In this document: in pieces, positions 58,011 through 64,000 of the stretch
How the letters are laid out: each line of letters opens with the position of its first letter
How positions within the stretch are numbered: the stretch's first letter is position 1
NCBI GenBank assembly: GCA_964400165.1
Contig: CAYNSX010000008.1
Coordinates: 91 to 64,090 of the forward strand
DNA from: an uncultured bacterium
GTDB lineage: Bacteria; Armatimonadota; Hebobacteria; CAYNSX01
Length of the DNA stretch: 64,000 nucleotides
Direction: 5' to 3'
Program-made: the position numbers and the translations under genes
Notes under the pieces: model-generated
What the model was told of the DNA's origin: nothing
What the model saw: only the letters and a program-made list of their open reading frames with translations
The model's database searches: none

Positions 58011-58297
58011 CCGGTCCGCCCTTCCGCACGCGGTCCGTCGTCATCCGCAGACCGCGCCCAGTGCGACGCCGTCGGCGCCTGCCCGTGTGCGCCGCCGGCC
58101 GTGGGCTGCTCCTTCGGAAACGCCGTGCCGGGCCACGCCCGCCAGTTCATCAGCGCGATCAGGAAGATGCACGCCCAGATGACCCACAGCCACCACGGCA
58201 CGCGGCCGATCTTTTCCTTCATCCCGCCGACCTCGAAGATGCGGTCTTCGAGCGGCAGGTGCTCCTGTGACGGGTCGGCGGGGTGTTCGTCGCTCAT
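58007..58297 (-). CDS. Small single-TM membrane protein (96 aa)
   Basis: VPWWLWVIWACIFLIALMNW. Coupled in the operon. Confidence 0.4.
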   Translation of the reverse strand: MSDEHPADPSQEHLPLEDRIFEVGGMKEKIGRVPWWLWVIWACIFLIALMNWRAWPGTAFPKEQPTAGGAHGQAPTASHWARSADDDGPRAEGRTG

Positions 58298-58300
58298 CGC

Positions 58301-58555
58301 TTATTCGTACGACTCCGTTTCGTCGGTCACTTCCAAGCGCGGGAATTCCGCCGCCAGTTCCTGCTCGAACATCCGCCGCGAAGTCTCTTCGGCGTTGCGG
58401 AATTGCCCTGACTTCCACGCCCAGAGCAAGAAGCACGCCGCACCGAGAAAGAAGGTGCCGCCCGCAAAGAAATGCACCGTGTAGCCCGCCGAGGTCAGCC
58501 CCTGCTCGACGACCGGCTGCACCGCGCAACTCGGACACAGCAACGGAATAATCAT
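58301..58555 (-). CDS. Small membrane protein (85 aa), possible cbb3 accessory subunit (CcoQ/CcoS-like by size and position)
   Basis: MIIPLLCPSCAVQ...FFAGGTFFLGAACFLLWAW. The start overlaps the ccoO/P stop. Confidence 0.4.
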   Translation of the reverse strand: MIIPLLCPSCAVQPVVEQGLTSAGYTVHFFAGGTFFLGAACFLLWAWKSGQFRNAEETSRRMFEQELAAEFPRLEVTDETESYE

Positions 58556-59679
58556 TGCGGGTTCCCCGGCGCGCCGGGCGGCGGCACCGCCGGCGTTGTC
58601 GCGGCGGGCGCGGTCGTCTCCGACAACTGCTGCGCCTCTTGCAGGCGCCGCAAGACATCCGGCGGCGGCGTGCCCGGCAGCTTGTCGGCCGGCGCCCGGC
58701 CGGCCAGATACTTCACATAGTTCACCAGATTCCAGCGCTGTTCTTCGTTCAGGCCCCGGCCCCATTCGGGCATCTGCGTCCCGGGCACGCCGGTGCTAAT
58801 GCGCCAGAACAGGTACTGGTCGAGCGCGTTGTACTCGTCTTCGGGTGCCTTCGAACCGAACGGCTTCTCATACTTATCGGTGATGCCGTCGAACCGCCCA
58901 TCGCGGAAGTCCGCCGGGCGCTTGGTGAAAATCTTCCCCGCCGGCCCGTCGCCGCGGCCGAGCGGCCCGTGGCAGGGCAGGCAGTTCTGCTGGAAGATGC
59001 CGGCGCCCGTCCCCACCGATCCCCAACTGATGCCGAGCGTGTTCTTCTTTTCCCGGAACGACACGGGAATGGACATGAAGCGCTCACCGAGCTGATCCTT
59101 CTCGAGCGACTTCTGCCGGTTCTTGCCGAGCGTCTGCAGATACGCGACCAGCGCCTTGGCGTCCTCGCCCGGCTTGTCTGGCGCGCCGTCGAACAGGAAC
59201 GGGAACGGCGCCATCAGCGACCCGGGGAAGACGGTGCGCGGGTTATACAGCCGGGCGTAAAACCAATTGTCGGGGAATCCCCGAGAACCGATGTTGCTCA
59301 AGTCGGGGCCGGTGCGCTCGGTGCCGAGCACATGCGGGTCGTCGTTCACGAAATCCGTCGCTTCCGACACCGGCCCGAAGTCGCGGTCCTGCGGGCGCAC
59401 GAACTGTGTGTGGCAATACCAGCAGCCCTCGCGCAAGTATACCTTGCGGCCCTCGGCGGCCAGCCCCTCGTAGGTGTTCGTCCGGTCCGTCGCCTTCGGC
59501 GCGAAGGTAAACGCCGGCATCCCCACGATCATGAAGGTCGCGGCCAGCACGGACGCCAGCGCGCCGACCGCCAGCAATGGGAAGGTCGGCGACCGGCCCG
59601 GCACCTTCAGCAGGTGCTGCACAATGGCGCCGAAGATGATGACGAACAGCAACACCGCGCCGCCGATGACGATGGCCAT
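58552..59679 (-). CDS. cbb3-type cytochrome c oxidase fused CcoO-CcoP-like subunit (two heme c sites)
   Basis: GCWYCHTQ (CcoO signature) and a downstream CLPCHG. N-terminal TM anchor. Confidence 0.8.
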   Translation of the reverse strand: MAIVIGGAVLLFVIIFGAIVQHLLKVPGRSPTFPLLAVGALASVLAATFMIVGMPAFTFAPKATDRTNTYEGLAAEGRKVYLREGCWYCHTQFVRPQDRDFGPVSEATDFVNDDPHVLGTERTGPDLSNIGSRGFPDNWFYARLYNPRTVFPGSLMAPFPFLFDGAPDKPGEDAKALVAYLQTLGKNRQKSLEKDQLGERFMSIPVSFREKKNTLGISWGSVGTGAGIFQQNCLPCHGPLGRGDGPAGKIFTKRPADFRDGRFDGITDKYEKPFGSKAPEDEYNALDQYLFWRISTGVPGTQMPEWGRGLNEEQRWNLVNYVKYLAGRAPADKLPGTPPPDVLRRLQEAQQLSETTAPAATTPAVPPPGAPGNPQ

Positions 59680-59682
59680 CGC

Positions 59683-61146
59683 CTACGCTCCCGCCGCCGG
59701 CGCCGCGGCGGCGCCGTTGGTCGGCGCGATCCCCGCCGTCGCCGGCTGCCGCGCCATCAGCCACATGTTGTAAGCAAAGAGAATCGCGCCGACTAGCAAC
59801 ATGACGCCGCCGACCATCCGGAAGAAAAACATCGGTCGCAGGTACAGGATGATCTTCTGCACCGGTTCGCCCATCCACCAGCCCATCGATTGCTCGAGGC
59901 CCGCCACCATCAGCGCGGAGAAGAAGATGAAGAAGCCGAGGAAACTCAACCAGAAGTGCGCCCCGATCAGCGCGCGCGACGGCCACTCGCGCTTCAGGAT
60001 GCGCGGCAGAATGTAGTAGATCGCCGCCCACAGCCAGAAGGCAAAAGTCCCCAGCAGCGCCATGTGCGCGTGCGCCACCACCCAGTTGGTGAAGTGAATG
60101 TAGGGGTTCAGCCACTTCGCCGCCTGCATCGGCCCCTGGACGCAGGTCACGAAATAGTGCAGTGCGCCGGCGACGAGGAAGCGCGTCGGCATGTCCTCGA
60201 CAATCAGCCGCCAGCGCCCGCCCAGCGTCATGTAGAAGTTCACCAAGACCGTCAACACGGGCAGCATCAGCATGCCCGAGAAGAACACCGAGATCGTCTT
60301 CAAGTATTCCGGGATCGGCGCCTGCAAGATGTGGTGCGCCCCAATCGGGGCGTAGAAAATCGCCAGCGCCCAGAACCCCACCAGCGACAGGCGGTGCGAC
60401 CAGAGCGGCTGCCGCGACAGGACGGGCAGCAGGTAATAGGCGCCGCCGACGCCCATCGTCGTGAACCACAGCCCCAGGATGTTGTGTCCGTAAAACCAGT
60501 TGGCGATGGCGTCATTGAGGCCGGTCAGATTGACGAAGGCGCGGTTGCCCACCATGAACACAATCGGCATCCAGAGGAAACTGCCGACGATGTACCAGAC
60601 CGACACATACAACTGCTTCTCGCGCCGCAGCGCCACCGTGAACAGGAACCCCACCACCAGCATCCCGAGCGCGGCGACCAGCAGCCAGTCGGCGGGGGCG
60701 ATGAGTTCCGCGTACTCGCGGCCCTCGGTGTATCCGAAAAACAGCCCGCCGATCCCGATGACCAGCGCCAGATTCCAAATCCACAGCGCATAGCGCGCCA
60801 GCGCCGGGCTGTAGAACGGCCGCCGGCACAGCCGCGGGATGATGTAGAGGGCGGCCCCGACTTGGGCTTGGGAGAGGAACCCGAACGCCACGGCATTGAC
60901 ATGCACCGGCCGGGCGCGGCCCATCGTCAGGTACGAGATGTGGCCCCAAAAGTCCGGAAAGACGAATTTGACGGCGGTCAGCACCCCCGCCGACATGCCC
61001 AGCACCAACCAAAAGGTCGCCGAGTAGAACCACGAAACGACAATGCGCTCGGTCTCGGCTTCGCGCAGCTCTTCGCGCTGTGCGGCCTGCTCGACTGCGA
61101 TGGCCTTCGCCATCCCTCTCCCCCCCGGTCCGCCCCGCGAAATCAC
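59683..61146 (-). CDS. ccoN: Heme-copper oxidase subunit I, cbb3-type (CcoN)
   Basis: 12+ TM helices, NWFYGHNILGLW, GAHHILQ, VVAHAHM His-ligand motifs. Adjacent CcoO. Confidence 0.85.
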   Translation of the reverse strand: MISRGGPGGRGMAKAIAVEQAAQREELREAETERIVVSWFYSATFWLVLGMSAGVLTAVKFVFPDFWGHISYLTMGRARPVHVNAVAFGFLSQAQVGAALYIIPRLCRRPFYSPALARYALWIWNLALVIGIGGLFFGYTEGREYAELIAPADWLLVAALGMLVVGFLFTVALRREKQLYVSVWYIVGSFLWMPIVFMVGNRAFVNLTGLNDAIANWFYGHNILGLWFTTMGVGGAYYLLPVLSRQPLWSHRLSLVGFWALAIFYAPIGAHHILQAPIPEYLKTISVFFSGMLMLPVLTVLVNFYMTLGGRWRLIVEDMPTRFLVAGALHYFVTCVQGPMQAAKWLNPYIHFTNWVVAHAHMALLGTFAFWLWAAIYYILPRILKREWPSRALIGAHFWLSFLGFFIFFSALMVAGLEQSMGWWMGEPVQKIILYLRPMFFFRMVGGVMLLVGAILFAYNMWLMARQPATAGIAPTNGAAAAPAAGA

Positions 61147-61339
61147 GCCATTCGCCGGGCGGAGGGGCTTGTACTTTTTTTCACAAAGTCCGGCGAAACT
61201 CTACGACGCCCGCGGCGTCAAGTCAAGACAGACGGGCCGCCCTGACGCGTGCCTCCGACACGGGCGGAGGGGGCTTCGGACGGCTCTGTCGGGTATTCGG
61301 GACAGCCGCCGCGAACCCCTGTGGAACAATTTGACGGGA

Positions 61340-61927
61340 ATGGCTCAAGCGACTGCCAACTCCGCGCACAGCGCGCACACCGTCTCGGCCAACGAGACGG
61401 CGCGGCGGTTGTGCCTGCTGGGAACCATGACGATGGTGGCGCTCCTCTGCCCCGTCCGCCTCGGCCTGATCGTCGGCAACTCCCTGGAGCCGCACATCTC
61501 CACCCGGCAACCCTGCCTCATCCTGCGCGACGAGTATGCCAATCAGCAGCCGCAGCGCGGCGATCTGGTGCTCGTCCGCCTTCAGGGCGATTACCTGGTG
61601 AAATTCATCGCCGCGGTGCCGGGCGATGCCATCTACTACGGGATCGACCGCGAAGGCGCCGAAGTGATTCGCACCGTCTTGCCCGCAACCCAGGGTCACG
61701 CCTCCTGGGCGAGCGGCAACAGGGTGGTCCGCCGGTTGGTCGTTCCCGACGGAGCGGTGTTCGTGATGGGCGGCAATCCCGGTTCGTTCGACAGCCGCGA
61801 TTTCGGGCCGGTGCCCTTCGATGCGCTCCGCGGCCGCGTCGTGCCGGTGGGGCGGCCCCTGTCGCCGGACGGGCACCTGCCCTTCGCCACCGCGCTCTAC
61901 GCCAGCGGCCCCGCCCGCCCGCAGTAG
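61340..61927 (+). CDS. Short S26-family signal peptidase I-like protein
   Basis: GNSLEPHI (catalytic Ser) and VMGGNPGSFDSRDFGPV boxes. 195 aa. Confidence 0.7.
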   Translation: MAQATANSAHSAHTVSANETARRLCLLGTMTMVALLCPVRLGLIVGNSLEPHISTRQPCLILRDEYANQQPQRGDLVLVRLQGDYLVKFIAAVPGDAIYYGIDREGAEVIRTVLPATQGHASWASGNRVVRRLVVPDGAVFVMGGNPGSFDSRDFGPVPFDALRGRVVPVGRPLSPDGHLPFATALYASGPARPQ

Positions 61928-61936
61928 CGTCCCGGC

Positions 61937-62668
61937 CTAGCGGCCGACGGACAATCGCCGCGCCAGCGGTTCGGGCAATCCCGCCGCCAGCATCTTCGCT
62001 TGCACGCGCTCGATGGGGTAGGCGACCCGCCGCACGAACACCCCCCGCAGGTCGCTGTCCACGATACCGTAACTCGCCTTCGGGTTGCCGTCGCGCGGCT
62101 GGCCGACTCCGCCGCAATTCACGATGTATCGGCAGTCGGGGCGGAACATCACTTCACCGCCTTCCCACAACGCAATTTGCCGGCACGCCCCGCCGTCCGT
62201 CTCCTGCAGATAGTACTCCGCCAAGTGCGTGTGCCCGACGAGACCGACGGGCGTCGTCATCGCATCGAACATCCGCGCGGCGTCGGAGGTGTTCTGCAGA
62301 TATTCCATCGGCTCCGGCAGGAGGCCGTGCACCAGTGTGATACCGTCGACTTGCGCTGTCAGCGGCAGGCCGGCCAGGAAGGTCGCGTGTTCCGGCGCCA
62401 GCGTGCGCGCCGTCCATTCCACCGCGGCGCGCGCCCACGGATTGAACGACTCGGTTTCCACGCGTCCGATCGCGGCCAAGTCATGGTTGCCGGCGACGCA
62501 CACCAGCCCCGGTAGTTGCCGGATGCGGGCGCAACATTCGTTGGGTTCCGGGCCGTAGCCGACCAGATCGCCCAGACACAAGACGCGGTCCACGGTCCCC
62601 ATATCGGCGAGGACCGCCGTCAGCGCATCGAAACTGCCGTGGATATCCGCAATGACGCCGAGCCGCAT
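61937..62668 (-). CDS. Metallophosphoesterase (calcineurin-like, YfcE/MJ0936 family)
   Basis: IADIHGS...LGDLVGYG...GNHD motifs. Confidence 0.8.
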   Translation of the reverse strand: MRLGVIADIHGSFDALTAVLADMGTVDRVLCLGDLVGYGPEPNECCARIRQLPGLVCVAGNHDLAAIGRVETESFNPWARAAVEWTARTLAPEHATFLAGLPLTAQVDGITLVHGLLPEPMEYLQNTSDAARMFDAMTTPVGLVGHTHLAEYYLQETDGGACRQIALWEGGEVMFRPDCRYIVNCGGVGQPRDGNPKASYGIVDSDLRGVFVRRVAYPIERVQAKMLAAGLPEPLARRLSVGR

Positions 62669-62700
62669 TCTGCCCGTCGCGCCTCCGCCGCGCGCCGGTG

Positions 62701-63999
62701 TTACTTCGGCGTCTGGGCGTAGCGTTCCCGCAAGACTTCCAGGCCGCGGGCGAGGATGGGGTCGTTCTTCCCCGGCACCTGCTCAATCGGCACGAAACGG
62801 TAGGTGTCGGGCTGTTCGACCGTGATGTCGGGCGCTACGCCGCCGGTGTCGGGGATGATGTTGCCCTTGTCATCAAACTGCTTGTTGATGTCTTCCCCAC
62901 CGGCGGTGTAGTAGCGCGCCGTCACCAGCAGCATCGCCGAGCCGTCGCTCAAGCGCAATATGCTCTGCACCAGGCCCTTACCCCAGGTGCGCTCGCCGAT
63001 GATCGTGCCGACCTTGTGGTGCTTGAGGGCGCCGGCCACAATTTCCGCCCCGCTCGCCGTCCCGCGGTTGACCAGCACGACCAAAGGTAACTTGAACCCG
63101 CGCGTGCCTTCGCGCACCGGGTATTCGCGCAGTTCCTCATCATCGCGCTCGCGCACGAACAGGATGGTCCCCCGCGGGACGAAGTCGCGGGAGATGGCGA
63201 CCGCGCTCGTCAGCAGACCACCTGGGTTGCTGCGCATGTCAAGCACGACGCCCTTGGCGCCCTGTTGCACCGCAGTATCGATGGCGGCGCGAATCTGCCC
63301 CTCGGCCGGCAGACTGAAGTTCGACAAGCGAATGTAGAAAGTCTTGCCGTCCAGCATCTTGCTTTCGACCGGCTCGATGTTGATGCGCCGGCGGACGATG
63401 GTCACCGTTACCGGCTTGGGCTCGCTGGCGCGCTCGAGGTCGAGCGTCACCGGCGTGTTCTCCGGCCCGCGAATCAAGTTGATGGCTTCATCCACCGTCA
63501 TGGCGTGCGCGTCGAGCCGCGGCTTCGGACCAGTGCCGTCCGGGTCGATGCCGACGATGGCGTCGCCCGGCTGAATGCCCGCCGACGCCGCCGGGTAGCC
63601 GGGCATTGGGCTGGCGATCTGCACCCGGCGCATTTGCGCATCCGGGCTCAACAAGTCAGCCTGGCACACCGGGCAGAACCGGACGCCGGCCGCGCGCAAC
63701 GCCTCGCGCGCCGCGTCGCTCAACGGGACCGGGGCCCATTCCAGTTGCGCGCCGATGCCGAAGAAGAACGCGTCCTGGCTCTCGTTGGTGAAATCCACAT
63801 ACTCTTGTGGGTCAAGGTAGCGCGTGTAGAGATCGACCCACCCCGGGCGCACCGCGACGGCCTGCAGCATCCCCTGGATCGCGCTCTTGGCGACGCGCCG
63901 CTGATCCTCCAGTTTCAGCGGCTCGACATACTTCGCTTCCACTTCCCGCAGGGCTTCGGAGAACAGCGCGCCCGTCGAGAAGGCGCGGTCGCTGCGCAC
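62701..63999 (-). CDS. S41-family C-terminal processing peptidase with PDZ domain (N-terminus truncated by the window edge)
   Basis: GGLLTSAVAISRDF (catalytic Ser), VLVNRGTASGAEIVAGALK, TWGKG (Lys region). Confidence 0.85.
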   Translation of the reverse strand: MRSDRAFSTGALFSEALREVEAKYVEPLKLEDQRRVAKSAIQGMLQAVAVRPGWVDLYTRYLDPQEYVDFTNESQDAFFFGIGAQLEWAPVPLSDAAREALRAAGVRFCPVCQADLLSPDAQMRRVQIASPMPGYPAASAGIQPGDAIVGIDPDGTGPKPRLDAHAMTVDEAINLIRGPENTPVTLDLERASEPKPVTVTIVRRRINIEPVESKMLDGKTFYIRLSNFSLPAEGQIRAAIDTAVQQGAKGVVLDMRSNPGGLLTSAVAISRDFVPRGTILFVRERDDEELREYPVREGTRGFKLPLVVLVNRGTASGAEIVAGALKHHKVGTIIGERTWGKGLVQSILRLSDGSAMLLVTARYYTAGGEDINKQFDDKGNIIPDTGGVAPDITVEQPDTYRFVPIEQVPGKNDPILARGLEVLRERYAQTPK

Positions 64000-64000
64000 C

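Noticed and set aside
59890-61245. 451-aa plus ORF antisense to ccoN
   Set aside because: Antisense artefact, His/Arg-rich
1-63999. CRISPR arrays, tRNA or rRNA genes, IS elements with transposase
   Set aside because: No regularly spaced repeat-spacer arrays, no cloverleaf-compatible segments in intergenic regions, no transposase or integrase ORFs recognised

Overview
High-GC bacterial chromosome segment, densely coded, with no rRNA, tRNA or CRISPR that I can see. An H-X9-DG/DUF1559 pseudopilin, futalosine-pathway menaquinone genes and an Lpt cluster suggest a PVC- or Armatimonadetes-like Gram-negative, though no taxon can be assigned from sequence alone.

Gene content in order: lepA; a PKD-like secreted protein; pyrD; a translationally coupled pyrimidine operon pyrR-pyrB-pyrC-carA-[three inserted genes]-carB; a pseudopilin; two TlpA-like thiol-disulfide oxidoreductases; an orphan HicB; the glycine cleavage genes gcvT, gcvPA and gcvPB split by an opposite-strand 578-aa hypothetical; an aminotransferase; a 2-hydroxyacid dehydrogenase; folC; an NlpC/P60 peptidase; a beta-solenoid-like repeat protein; valS; two glyA paralogs flanking a small-protein plus nucleotidyltransferase pair; purH; an MqnE/MqnC-type radical SAM enzyme; two ECF sigma/anti-sigma pairs; ubiD, ubiX and ubiA homologs interrupted by a four-helix-bundle gene flanked by inverted repeats; a T2SS-F-like protein; lptC/A/B/FG; thyX; and a long minus-strand respiratory operon (cbb3 oxidase ccoN plus a fused ccoO/P, a Rieske protein, two cytochrome b genes of which one is fused to a 2x[4Fe-4S] ferredoxin, an MvhD-like protein, and two cytochromes c).

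The most striking feature is a three-gene module wedged between carA and carB: a 172-aa unknown protein, a class-II Fic AMPylase and a SIR2-family (TTNWD/HLHG) NADase-like protein with AT-richer composition, with a 29-bp direct repeat at the two internal gene junctions. I read this as a candidate undescribed toxin/defense module embedded in an essential operon.

Other notable structure: several repeat families (CCCCTCTCC-loop-GGAGAGGGG hairpins; a ~180-bp element that is tandemly triplicated downstream of purH and includes the purH 3' end), a PyrB with a fused PyrI-like zinc domain, and a PyrR-binding loop motif in the pyrR leader.
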